Virus record (IMG/VR): IMGVR_UViG_3300020312_000001
DNA: 64,000 bases
Origin: an uncultured virus (IMG/VR IMGVR_UViG_3300020312_000001)
Lineage: Duplodnaviria > Heunggongvirae > Uroviricota > Caudoviricetes > Crassvirales
Strand: one strand, 5' to 3'
Of this stretch, positions 39,134 to 51,700 are shown in pieces. A model generated the notes under the pieces. That model was given only the letters and a program-made list of their open reading frames with translations, did no database searches and had not been told where the DNA came from. Each line of letters begins with the position of its first letter. The first letter of the stretch is position 1. A program made the translations under genes and the position numbers.

Positions 39134-40456
39134 ATGGCAAGAACAAGAGGTAAAAGTGGTTTTAAATTAAGATCAGCTCAAGGTGGTGACAATAGAACCA
39201 CATTTAAATCAATAGGTTCAAGTGATGCTCCATCACCACTACCTAAAAATAGAACTGATGTTGCGAGAGAATGGAACTATTATAAAAATATGGATAGGGA
39301 TAATCGATATCAAGATAGCAATCCAGCTCGATCAGGTTCTAAGCATGGATTATATCAGGGTGATTATATACAAAATTGGAATCAAGATGTAGAAGGAGAT
39401 ATCCCACCACCAGAAGTTTACTACGACTGGGATGGCGATGGTGAAGTAACACAAAGAGAGATTGATAAAACAATTAAGAAAAAAGGTAGCTACAAGCAGG
39501 CTGTAAAAGATTTAAATAACTCCTTGTACTCTAACACGAGAGACTTTGATGTATCAAAACCTTACTTAACACCAAAAATGAAAGCTAGAGGATATTCTCA
39601 AGTTCAAGATCCTTATGGAACTTGGCATATAATGGGTAAAGATGGTCAATTGAAAGACTATGGAACTAGAGCTATGGACGAACGAAGTAAAGCCTGGAGA
39701 GAGGGTAATGTTTGGAATCCAAACGTTGATGCTGACGAAGATGGTTATGCTGAAGGATCATATGTTCCTTATGAAAAGGGTTATGACTTTAGTGTTGATC
39801 AAAATGCTACTGCAACAGAAATTAAAAATAGACACACTGAACAAGGTCAAGGTCAACCAATTTACAATCATGAGTTCAGTACTGTTAATCCAGAAGATGT
39901 TCCTGTTTCAACAATGGAGGAAGGTTGGAATAGACCTAAGGTTGTAGAAGGTGAACCACCGGTAGAAAAACCACCGGTAGAAAAACCTCCAGTTGAAGAT
40001 GCTCCACCGGTAGTGGAAGAAGACCCACCAGTAGAAGAAGATGCTGGTAACTTTGGTGATGCTTTTAAAAATGCTAGAGAAGAAGGTTTAAAAGAGTTTG
40101 AGTGGAATGGACAAAAATATCACACTAGACGAGCAGATGAAACACCTGAGGAGTGGAATGAAAAATTTGGAGGCGGTGATATAAACGAAACACCTGGCGC
40201 TTTAAAGGGACCACAACCTGAAGTACCACAAACACAAATGTCCACAGAGCAGTTAGAAGAAAAAATGTATGGTACTGGTCCAGGCGGTGGCAGTGCTGGT
40301 CCTCAAACACAAATGGAAAACCCGGGGCCAACTGGAGATGGAGAGCTTGATATGGATTCTGATGATGATGGTATACCTACTGGTATTGATGCTACTCCCG
40401 AGGGGGATGATGGGCCTGATTTTTCTACACCAAGAGACGAGGAAGAAGAAGAGTAA
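39134..40456 (+). CDS. low-complexity protein with FK-leader variant, EF-hand-like and PPVE repeats
   Basis: 'GFKLRS...TTFKSIGSSDAPSP', DWDGDGEVTQRE, (K/E)PPVE repeats and 'FGDAFKNAREEGLKEFEWNGQKYHT'. Confidence 0.75.
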   Translation: MARTRGKSGFKLRSAQGGDNRTTFKSIGSSDAPSPLPKNRTDVAREWNYYKNMDRDNRYQDSNPARSGSKHGLYQGDYIQNWNQDVEGDIPPPEVYYDWDGDGEVTQREIDKTIKKKGSYKQAVKDLNNSLYSNTRDFDVSKPYLTPKMKARGYSQVQDPYGTWHIMGKDGQLKDYGTRAMDERSKAWREGNVWNPNVDADEDGYAEGSYVPYEKGYDFSVDQNATATEIKNRHTEQGQGQPIYNHEFSTVNPEDVPVSTMEEGWNRPKVVEGEPPVEKPPVEKPPVEDAPPVVEEDPPVEEDAGNFGDAFKNAREEGLKEFEWNGQKYHTRRADETPEEWNEKFGGGDINETPGALKGPQPEVPQTQMSTEQLEEKMYGTGPGGGSAGPQTQMENPGPTGDGELDMDSDDDGIPTGIDATPEGDDGPDFSTPRDEEEEE

Positions 40457-40474
40457 AATTTAAATTAATATAAT

Positions 40475-41431
40475 ATGAGTCAACAAGGATCTCCATTTAA
40501 TTTCGCTTGGGGTGCTGCAGCTGGTTTAGCTGGTGGTATCATAGGTGCTATTGGTGCTGGTAAACGTAAAAGAGCTGCTGAGAAAAAAGAAAGAGCTGCT
40601 AGAGCGGAAATGAACCGGATGAAAGCTGCTTACGCTGATATGGACCTAAGTAATCCATATGCTAACATGGAGAATCAGTTCGCTGGAATGAAAAATCAAT
40701 TTGCTGGTTTGGAAAACACGATGGAAGATCTAACGGTTAATCAACAACAAGCTGAATTCGAAGCACAACAAAATCAACAAAATCAAGCTAATATAATGGA
40801 TACACTTAGCGCTTCAGCTGGTGGATCTGGAATAGCCGCTTTAGCTCAACAAATGGCACAACAAGGTCAAATGGCTAATCAACAAGCTGCTGCTAGTATA
40901 GGTCAACAAGAGTCAGCAAATCAAATGGCTGCTGCTCAACAAGCTGGACAGCTACAACAATTAGAAGCTCAAGGAGCTGCGGATGTTGATTTACAACAAA
41001 GACAAGGCCAAGCAGCCGTTGATCAACAAATAGCAGCTGGTGAACAAACAGCTCAAGCTAGGGAACTAGAAAGACAAGGTACTCTACTAGGTATGGCGCA
41101 ACAAGAAACCGCAGCATACCAACAACAAGCTGCTGATGCTCAAGCTTCTAAGATGCAAGGAATTAGTGGGGCTATAGGTAATGTTGGAGGGTTCTTACAA
41201 GGTCTTTCGGATAGAAGATTTAAGAAGAATATTAAATTAATAGGTAAATCGCCTAGTGGTTTAAATATATATCTATTTGAATATATTAACGGGATTTTTG
41301 GAAAAGGAGTGTACCAAGGTGTTATGTCTGATGAGATACCAAAAGAAGCAGTTATAAAACATAAAGATGGATACGACATGGTTAACTATTCTATTATAGA
41401 TGTTGAATTTAAATTAGTGGAAAATGTTTAG
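40475..41431 (+). CDS. putative ejection/pilot protein with C-terminal peptidase S74 (intramolecular chaperone) domain
   Basis: G/A-rich hydrophobic N-terminus, Q/A-rich coil, then 'LSDRRFKKNIKLIG....GLNIYLFEY...YQGVMSDE...VNYS'. Confidence 0.7.
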   Translation: MSQQGSPFNFAWGAAAGLAGGIIGAIGAGKRKRAAEKKERAARAEMNRMKAAYADMDLSNPYANMENQFAGMKNQFAGLENTMEDLTVNQQQAEFEAQQNQQNQANIMDTLSASAGGSGIAALAQQMAQQGQMANQQAAASIGQQESANQMAAAQQAGQLQQLEAQGAADVDLQQRQGQAAVDQQIAAGEQTAQARELERQGTLLGMAQQETAAYQQQAADAQASKMQGISGAIGNVGGFLQGLSDRRFKKNIKLIGKSPSGLNIYLFEYINGIFGKGVYQGVMSDEIPKEAVIKHKDGYDMVNYSIIDVEFKLVENV

Positions 41432-42716
41432 AGATCCAAACATGCCGGTAGAGGAACAAGGTGGTTATCAGCCACAGTCTATGAATCCTAGACCCCAATA
41501 CAATCCTAGATCAATAGAAGAGATAAAACAGGAAGTTGATGTTTGGGACGTAGATACTGGTGCTCAAAGAGTTTTAGATACAAACGGGGAGTTATCTCAA
41601 GAAGAAATGAATTCCATGAGAGAGGAACTAGGTGGACCGATGCGAGAGGAATTCATACAAGGAAATCCTGCTATTGAAGAAGAGAAACAAAAGGAAGCAT
41701 CAAACATGTTTGCTCAAAAGGAGCAATATAAAGATCTTAGACTTTCTTTAGCTCAAGATTATTTAGACGGTAATCTGAGCCAAGCTTTTATGCAGTCACC
41801 TCAAGGTGAAGAAATAATGAATAAATTATTGAGAGACGAGAAACAGTTAGTTAAAAACAAATGTCCAGAAGGAGAAGAAGACTGCGAAGATAAAAACAGC
41901 TTAGGTATAATGTTAACTGATTACGATTTGATAGGAAAAACTCAAACAGCCTTAGAAACAGTTAACGCTCAAATACAAGAATTAACAGGTTTATATAATC
42001 AAGGTGGAGTAGATGATGGTGGTGTACAAATGGATGAGTTAGTTAACAAGCAAAAGGAATACCAAGCACTTATAGAATCTAATCCTCAAAAATGGTCAAA
42101 TCTACAGAAACTAGTAACATCTGTTGTTAAAGTAGATAAAGCAACAGCCAATGTTATAGAGGACGCTAGAACTAAAATATATAAAAAAGGTTTAGATACT
42201 TTACCGGAAGATAAAACGGGATTCAACGAGGAGCATACTAGACAAACTGTTGATAATGCTATTATGGGTAAGGGTAACTTACAGTCTATGATATACGACA
42301 GTATGTTACCGGGTTTTAGAAAAGATGGTACACCTAGAACTTTTTATACAGATTTAAAAGATTATATCATGGGTGTTGAAGAAGGCGGTAGAACTTATAG
42401 TGATTTTGGTATAACAGATGAAATGCTGGGACAAGGCGATATTAATGCTGATGGTATAATAGATGAACAAGAAGCGGAGAATATAGCTCAAACCTTAGTT
42501 AATGATGAGGGTTTAGTTAGAGAACAGTTAGGTGATTATTTCACTCAATATCTGAGAAGTAACTATGAGCTAGGTTTATCTAATAGGAGAGAGAGTTATA
42601 TAAAAGAAGATGTAGGTGGAGTGGATAAGAGAAATAAACTTAATAAACTAGAATATACACCACAGGTAAAAAGCGACAAAAACAAGTCCAAGTCGCTTAA
42701 CACAGATTGGGCTTAA
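41424..42716 (+). CDS. putative internal virion protein
   Basis: 430-aa acidic helical protein with EF-hand-like DINADGIIDEQE; lies between the pilot-like and giant genes. Confidence 0.6.
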   Translation: MFRDPNMPVEEQGGYQPQSMNPRPQYNPRSIEEIKQEVDVWDVDTGAQRVLDTNGELSQEEMNSMREELGGPMREEFIQGNPAIEEEKQKEASNMFAQKEQYKDLRLSLAQDYLDGNLSQAFMQSPQGEEIMNKLLRDEKQLVKNKCPEGEEDCEDKNSLGIMLTDYDLIGKTQTALETVNAQIQELTGLYNQGGVDDGGVQMDELVNKQKEYQALIESNPQKWSNLQKLVTSVVKVDKATANVIEDARTKIYKKGLDTLPEDKTGFNEEHTRQTVDNAIMGKGNLQSMIYDSMLPGFRKDGTPRTFYTDLKDYIMGVEEGGRTYSDFGITDEMLGQGDINADGIIDEQEAENIAQTLVNDEGLVREQLGDYFTQYLRSNYELGLSNRRESYIKEDVGGVDKRNKLNKLEYTPQVKSDKNKSKSLNTDWA

Positions 42717-42743
42717 TTAATCACGGGTAACTAACGAAACAGT

Positions 42744-45700
42744 ATGTCAAAAATATATATGATCGACGGACAACCACACGAGGTGTCCGAAGAAAAAGAA
42801 AAAAGTTTTTTAGAAACAAATAAAGATTCAAATCCAGTTTTATCACACGTTAAAGCAGGTAACACTTATGTTAACATGGAGACAGGGGTTCTTGAAACAC
42901 CTGACTGGTCAGATCAAGTAACGATCGGCCCTATGCCTGAAGAACATTATTCGGGAAACCAACAGAGCTCTACAGAAGGTGCGACTGTAGAGCAAAACAC
43001 TACAGCACAAAATCAGAACGAATCTTCGGTGTCCAACTTGGAAGATGGTTCATCGGTCTTACAAAATAATCAACAAGCAAATTTTACTGGTCCATTACAA
43101 GAAGATGGTACTCAAGGTGAGGGCCATCGTAGTACAAGTGAGTTAGCACTTGAAGAAGATATTTCTAATGCTAGAGCCACTGTAAGTCAAGATTCAGATG
43201 GGGATGGGATTACTGATGTTAACGAGAACTCTATAAACAGAGTTAATGATTATTACAAAGATACATTATATAATGAGACAGAGGCTCCTGGGTTGCAGGA
43301 ACAGTATGATCAAGCCTACGATCAACAAATGCAGGATTTTCTATGGGGAGAGCAAAGGAAAAGTACGGTTAGCAAAATAGGATACGACAAGTTTGACAGC
43401 ATGAGTGTTGGTAGTAAAGCTGGTGTTCCTAAAAAGAAAACTGCTGCTAGAGATATTCAAACCGATGTTGATCAAATATACAATAAAACTATTCAAGATG
43501 TTGCTGTTCAAGATTATATAAAAAATTTAACATCTGAATTTCTACCTGACGGTAAAACTAAAAATCCAAACTACGATCCTAATTTTGATATCAGTGATTT
43601 ATCTCCAGAAGATAAAAGAAAATTTATAAATAGCATTATAGAACAAGATGATAATGGGGAATTTATAAATCAAAAATTCCCAGAATTCTTAAACAAAGCT
43701 AAAGAAGAAGCTACTGATGTTAGAAACAGAAGAGTTGAATTAAATCAAAAATTAGAAAAAGGAGAGATAAATCAAGAGCAATATGACGAGGAATTAAAAC
43801 TTTTAAATGGTTACACTGATGATGAAGGTAACGTTATTAATCCTGAAGATAGATTTCATGCTAACTTTGAGAATAGCTTGTTTCACGCTGACAAACAAAG
43901 TGAGTTAAGAAAACAACTAAATATTGAATTAGAAGAAGGAAAAGAAACTCATAGGCAGAAAAAGAAGCATAAGAAAGAGCAACTTGAAACTGCTGAAAAA
44001 CTACTTACAGATAAACAGCGTGAGATTCAAATGAACATAGACTCTCAAGCTCAACTTAATGAAAAACAGGAAAAGCTACTCAGCTCTGTAAAAACAGACC
44101 ATGCTTGGCTTATTAGTGAAAAAGAGGGTGAGGGTGTTTGGACGAGAAATAGACTAGAAGAATTACAAAATACTAAAATCGAAGGTGATCCAGCTATATT
44201 GGATAAAATAAAAACATTATCGGAAACTCCAGTTGAGGGTGATCAAGCGATATTATCACAAATAGAAAAAATAGCCAACGGTACATATACGACTCAAGAA
44301 CAAGTAGATGCCGCTAAAGCTAAAATAGAAGCGCTTCAAGAAGAATACAGGGTTAGCGCAGAAGCTAATTTAAAAAATGTTAACGATCAGATAACTGCGT
44401 TAGCACAAGAGTATGATAGTCAAGTAAAAGAAAAAGCAGCTATAGCTCAAAAAGAATATACAGATCTGTATAATAATTACACTGGTAAACAGAAGAATAT
44501 TAATGATGCTCAAAAACAAGCTCAAGAATGGGATGCTTTAAGCGCTACGTTGAATGATGAATTTAAAGCGTTAGATTTAGATATTCAAGACCTGTCTGTT
44601 TACGCTCAGCAATCTAGAAAATATAGAAAAACTTTTGGTGCATCTGCGATGGCTAGTACTATTAGTGGTTTTGCTAAAAACTTTGGTGATTTTGGAGAGA
44701 TGTTATTTGATGTTAAAGATAATTTTTTAGATAAACATATAAAAGATCCGAATATTAGAAAAGCGGTTGATGTTATGACTTATATGTTACCCGGAGGTCT
44801 ACAGATAGCTATGGGTGATCTAATGTTTAATACAAAGGATAAAGAAGAAGGAGCGTTATTTGATTTAAGAGATAAAGATGGTAAAGCACAAAGTTTATGG
44901 GATATAGCTGGTGGAGCATGGGAGGAAACTCAATACAAGTACTTAGATCAATACCATGAGGACCCAGTAGACTTCGATGATGTTTATAAAAGTTGGGAAG
45001 ACGGTGAACCAAATTGGGCTAATACCATGGAATGGGGATTAACCACAGCTATAACCCAAATACCTGTGGTTGCTACATTAGCTGCTACTTCAGCGATGGG
45101 TTGTCCCATGTGTGGTTTAGGTGTATTATCAGCTAACTCTATGGGAAACAAATATAACCAACTTCAAGAAGAGGTAGAGTTAAGTAAGAAAACCGGAGGT
45201 GTATATGGTAATAGATACTCATTTGGACAAATGGTATTAAACTCAACTATACACGGTGGAGTTGAAGGTGCATTGGAATATTTTACAGCGGGTATAATTG
45301 GTAAAACAATGGGTTCTTTTTTAAAACAACCTATGAAAGAATCAGCTAAATTAGGTTTTAATAGTTTTACAAGAAAAGCTATATTTACTCCTAAAAACGC
45401 CGCATATGCTTTTGGTGAATCACTTGAAGAAACGTTTGCTGAAGGTGGTACAGCTGTTGGACAAAATCTTGCAGATATATTTATTTTAGGAAAGAAAGAC
45501 GTTGGTGTTTGGGATAATGTTCTAGAGAGTTCTATAAGTGGATTTGGAATGGGTACTATGTTTCAATCACCTAGATTACTTGCTCACGCTAGAAGACCAT
45601 TTTCAACCTCAGACTCTAATCAACAGATTGGGGAGATGGCAAATAAAATGAGTGAAATAAGCGATGAGATAACAAGATTGAGAAACACGAATAATCCAGA

Positions 45701-48700
45701 AAACCTAAAAAAGATAGAAAGGTTAGAACAGCAATACGTTGAGCTTACAAATAGAACCGCTCAGATAATGGAGTATGATATAAAGAGGGTTGATGCTTTA
45801 AGTAACGAACAGAAAGCTGAGTTGGTTGAGATGGAAAGAAGAACACTACAAGATAGAGTTGAGGCTGAGAAAATAAGGAGTGATGATTCTTTAACAAAAG
45901 AAGAAAGAGCGGAAAAACTAGATAACTTAAAAAAGAACGTAGACGCTAGAAATGCTAAAAAAGAAGAAATATTAAACAGCATCGAACCGAAAGTTGTACA
46001 TGACAATTATGATAGAATAAATACTTTTATTCAAAAGAACGTTGATCTAGCAAATAAAATGGGTCCTGTTAAAACAACGTTCAGAAGGGTTAACGCTAAA
46101 GAGTTTGAAAAAAGAAGCATAAAAGGAGAAGGATTAGATTCAAAAGCTGAACTCGAAAATATAGTATCGAAAAGTAAGGGCATAAGTGATGCTATGGATG
46201 AAATAATAAATGACCCAAATTCTTCGCCAGAAGAAATAGCTGACGCTAAAAGAATTAAAAAAGAAAACTCCGTAGCTGACAATATTAGAATAGGTGAAGA
46301 CATGTTGATGTCTAAGAATAATTTTGGCACAATGATACCTCAAATAAAAGATGGTAAATTGGTTGGGATGGAGATATTAATAAATGAAGACACAGCTCTT
46401 GAAAACGGAGAGTTTACAGTTGGTGCTCATGAATTTGTACATGCCGCCTTTAGGAATACGTTAGGTGGTGATCCGGTTGCTAGAGTTGCTATGGGTAAAC
46501 AAATAGATAAAATAATAAACGATAAGGATGTTGAATTTGCTAGTAAAACAGCTAGAAAGAAATATAATGAAAGATTAAAATTATATGATGGCAATATCCA
46601 GGGTGAAGAGAAGTTAGCATTCTTATCTGAAATGGTGTTAAACGAAGACGTTAAGTTTAAGAACGACGGACCAATAAACAAAATTAAAGGTTTACTAAGA
46701 AGATTTTCCCAAAACGTATTGGGTTTTCCTATTAAGTTTGATAATAAAAATGATGTAGTTAACTTTTTAAAAGATTACAAGAAAGCATACGATACGAATA
46801 GTGCTAGTCCAGCTATAGCTAAGATGCTTCAAAAGGGAGCTAATGGTGAGATATTTAATGATCCAAGAAGCTTAAAGCAAAGAAACGCTGAGCAAGCATT
46901 TAGTAGAGCTGTTGATTTAAATAGACAGCAAAATCCAGATTTAAAAAGAGAGTTTGACCAGTTTATTTTAAATAGCGACGGTAAACCTAAATATAAGAGT
47001 CACCAAGAGTTTAAAGACTCTCCAGATTATAGTGGAGCATTATTAACGCTATTAGAGGGTAGAGCTCATGATGGTTTAATAATGCAAGGTATGACAGATG
47101 CTGGTGTTCAACCAGATCAAATGAGAGAGTTTGTTCAAAATGTGAAACAAGAATTAGCTAGAAGATTTCAAGGTGGATTAAATAAAGATTCATCTGACAA
47201 GATAGAACAGATTGAAGAACAGATAAAGAAAAAAGAAATATCTATAAAAGAAGGCGTTAGACAAATAGAGGCTATTAAAAACAATAGAGATAACTACCTA
47301 GCTGAATTTAATTATGATATCGTTAAAGATGATAAAGTTAGTTTATTTGGATGGTTAACTGGTAGTTACAAAGCTATACATTGGGCAAAAGAGGACGTTA
47401 AAAAAGCTTGGGTTAGATCTAGACCTGGTTTTGGTGGTCCATCATTAGATCAACAAATAAGTACCGAAGAAGGTAGTGCAACGCTTAAAGATAGAGTCGG
47501 AGGAGTTCAAGATGCTACAATCGAATCTATTGATGAAATGGATTTATCTTTTGGGAGAAAGTCTGCTTTAAAAGAAATAGTAAGAGAAGGTACCGTAAAA
47601 GATGTATTAGGTTTCGATGGTGATACTAGAAGCGCTATAGAGTCGTCTATTAATGATGCTGATGTTTCTATAAAAGACATGAAATACAAAGATGTTAAGA
47701 GGTTGTTAGATGACGTGACAATGTTAACTAAGGTGGATAAGAAGACTGGTAAACCCCAAGTTCATAAAACAGGTAAACGCAAGGGACAAGTAAAACTATT
47801 TAGACCAACATCGTCAATGAAAACAACCCCTGAAGGAGCGGCGTTTGGAGTTTTAAATGCTGTATCAGCAGAGTTTGGAATAGACCCATTAAGAATATTA
47901 GCTAATCAAGATTTAGATGGTCAACAAAGAACAGATGCTCAAAATTACATTTTTGAAAAAAGTGTTAATGATGATGGTAGTTTTAACAAAACGTTACTAG
48001 ATATACTACCTGAGGGAGAGGATAGAAGTGGTTGGGCAACTGGTGTAGCTAATACAGATCTTGGAGATTTTTATACTAAAGGAGAAAGAGTTAGAGTTGG
48101 TGAGGGTGCTGCGAAAGAAGGTGGGCAAAAGGCTGAGCAGATAAAACGAAAAAGAATAACAAAGCAAGAATTTTTAAATAAGTTTGGTATAAACCAAGAT
48201 GGTACATTTAAAAAAGGTACAAGTGCTGATGGAGCTATAAGACAGTTGGTTTTACAAGTAGCCCAAACAGCGGCTAATCAACAACTTAGAGAGAAAGCGC
48301 TTTCAAGAGGAGAGTTAAAAGAAGCTATAGTCGCGAAACTTGGTGATGGTAAATCTGAACAAATGTGGAGCAAGGCTCCAGTTGTTAATAGAGAAGCGGC
48401 AATTGAAGATGTCGCTGATAACGTGAATCAGAACACGCAGAAAGGTGAAGTTGAGGGTATTGTAAATGGTGTTGTTGATGCTTGGACTGAAAAGGGCGTT
48501 AGCAAGAAGAATAAGGAAGTTAACGATTTAAAGAAGTTTCTTCTTGATACTATAGATAAATTTATATTTAGAAAGAAAATATTAAAAAGTAATTACAACG
48601 TTACACTCAAGGAAGATGTTAAAAACAGAGATGCTCAACTAACTGATGAAGCTGCTGATAAATCTCTTAAAGAAAAACTAAATCTTGATACTCCACCAGG

Positions 48701-51700
48701 TAATGAGTTTTTAAGTGTTGAAGGCGTTAAGTCTATTAGAAATGAAGTCTCAAATGGGTTTGCACAAATGGGAAAAGACATGGGTATTGTTGATGCCACT
48801 AGAATGTATTTAACACACGGTGTTAACGCTTTTACTGGCTCTGGTAAAACTGGAGATGGACGTATAATAAATGACAAAAACGGTGACCCTATAGTAGATC
48901 CAAATTGGGAGGATAGAGGTGATATACCTGGTAACAAATGGAAAAGATGGGATTCTAAGTCTATTAGTAAAGCTCCTAAAGGAACTAAGGTTGGAGACTT
49001 AAAGTTAAACTCTAAAGGACAGAGAATACTAAAAGACAATAGGTATAAACCATTTGCAACTATAGAAGATTATATTAAGCACTTAAATAAGGTAGCTGGA
49101 TCTTTTGGTATCAACAATCAAGAACTAATCAGAAAATCAAAAGAAAAGGGTTTTACATATGAGGTTTGGGACGGTAAAAAATACATCCCTGTGAAAACGA
49201 ATATGTTAAAGGAAAGTAATAGTGAAGCCTTGAAAGACGTTGGTAATAAAGAAAGACAAAAACAAAGAGCTAGGGAATCAGCTGAAGCTAGAGAGTTTAG
49301 TAAATGGCATATAGAAAGAGCGTTTAATAATCCTAACGTTAGTGATTCATCACTTGGTGCTATAATGATGAACTTAGGTTCTGGTATGAACTCACCAATG
49401 AGAAAGGCAGCGCAATTAACTATGGTTGTTAAAAACGCTGAGCAAATAATAGATTGGCATAAAAAGAATATTGCTAAGATTAGAAAACTATTTGGCTCAT
49501 CAGTACCAGCGTTAAGATATGAGCACTCAGAATCTAAGGCTGTTATAAACAATAGAATATTAGAGTCTCTAATGCAAACATCTAAAGATGGTGGACCTGG
49601 TTTTATAGCTGACAATGTTTGGGAAGGATATGAAGTATTTGTGATTCCCGGTGTTTGGGATCACGCTCAGAATTTAGCTAACTTTAAAACGAAATCAGCT
49701 AAAGAGGGTGAGCTTAGAGCTACTTCAATGGAGACAATAGCTGAACTAATAAACATGGTACAACAACTAGGACCACAATCAGCAGTCAACATAAGTGGTT
49801 TCAATAGTGTTGAAGTTCAAACAAATGTAGCTAAAGAAAAGAAGATACAAAGTGCTGTTGACGTTGCTGCTAAAATCTTAAAACTAAAACCAGTTAGTCA
49901 AGTATCTCAAGATGTTGCCATAGAAACAGGTCGTTTAGTTAGACAGTTAAATAGTAAGTTAGCGTCTGATAGTAAGTCTATGGATAAATCTGAAGGTATG
50001 TCCGTATTTGACTTTGATGAAACATTGATAATAGATGGTAAAAACGTAGTGGTAGCAACAAACCCTAAAACAAAAGAAACAGAAGTAATAAGCTCTGAAG
50101 ATTGGCCAACAAGAGGAACAGAATTAATGGAGTTGGGTTGGAGCATGAACTTTGATGATTTTATAAACGTAAGAGGCGGTGTTAAAGGACCATTGTTTAA
50201 AAAACTTTTAAATAGAATAAAAAAATATGGACCTGATAATAATTTTATATTAACAGCTAGACCTCAAGAATCTGCTGTAGCTATTCACGGCTGGTTAAAA
50301 TCTAAAGGAGTTAACATACCTTTAAACAATATAACTGGATTAGGTAATAGTACTGGTGACGCTAAAGCTCAGTGGATATTAAATAAGTATAAAGAAGGTT
50401 ATAACGATGTTTATTTTGTAGATGATGCAATGCAGAACGTTGATGCTGTTAAGCACGTTATGGATCAGTTAGACATAAAAGGTAGTTCTGTCCAAGCTAA
50501 AGTAGATTTTAATAAAAATGTAGACGCTGAGTTTAATCAAATACTAGCAGATACTAGTAAGATGGATCCTTTAAAAAGAGTTACAGCTCAAGAAGCTGCT
50601 ATGCTAGGTAAGAAAAAGGGTGGTTCACTTTTAAAGAACTTTTTTATTCCACCATCCGCTGAAGATTTCAAAGGTTTACTTTATAGGTTTTTAGCTAAAG
50701 GAAAAAAGGGAGACCAACATATGGAATTTTTTAAGAAAAATTTACTAGACCCTTACTCTAAAGCATATACCAATTGGAACTCATATAAACAAAACATGTC
50801 CAACGAATATAGTACTTTGAAGAAGAGTTTTCCTAATGTAGTTAAGTCAATGAAGGATATTGTTCCGGGTACAAACCTAACTAATGACCACGCTATTAGA
50901 GCTTATCTATGGAACAAAGGTGGTTTAGAAGTACCTGGTTTATCTGATGCTCAAAAGCAAGTTTTAGTAGATCATGTTAGTAACAATCCTGAACTCTCTG
51001 GTTTTGCTGATAACCTAAGTAAAATAACTAGATTAGAAGAAGGATATATAAGACCAGATGAAAATTGGACCGTTAAAAATATTGCACGTGACTTAAACGA
51101 TATAGTTAAAAACGTTGGTAGAAAACAATTTTTTGAAGAATGGAAAAACAATAAAGATCAAATATTTTCAAAAGAAAATTTAAATAAAATAGAAGCTATA
51201 CATGGAACAAACTTCAGGCAAGAGTTGGAGAAAATGTTGTATAGAATGGAGACAGGTAGTAATAGGGTTACGGGTAAAAATAGACACGTTAATCGTTTTA
51301 TGGACTGGATAAACGGTTCTGTTGGCGCAGTGATGTTTTTTAATATGAGATCAGCGAGTCTTCAAACTATATCTATGGCTAATTTTATTAACTGGAAAGA
51401 TAACAATATATTTGCTGCGTCAAAAGCTTTTGCTAATCAACCACAATTTTGGAAAGACTTTGCTATGATATTCAACTCTCCAATGTTAAAACAAAGAAGA
51501 GCTGGTATGCAAATAGATGTTAACGCTAATGAATTAATGGAGGCTTTTTCTGAAGGCAAAAGTAAACCAGAGGCTGTTATAAAATGGATGTTAGAAAAAG
51601 GATTCTTACCAACTCAAATGGCTGATAGTTTTGCTATTGCAATGGGTGGTGCTCCATTTTATAGAAATAGACTAGATAAGTATATAAAGGAGGGTAAACA

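Noticed and set aside
50000..50030. DFDET as an RNA polymerase catalytic motif
   Set aside because: It is DxDxT followed by the other HAD motifs, not DxDxD.
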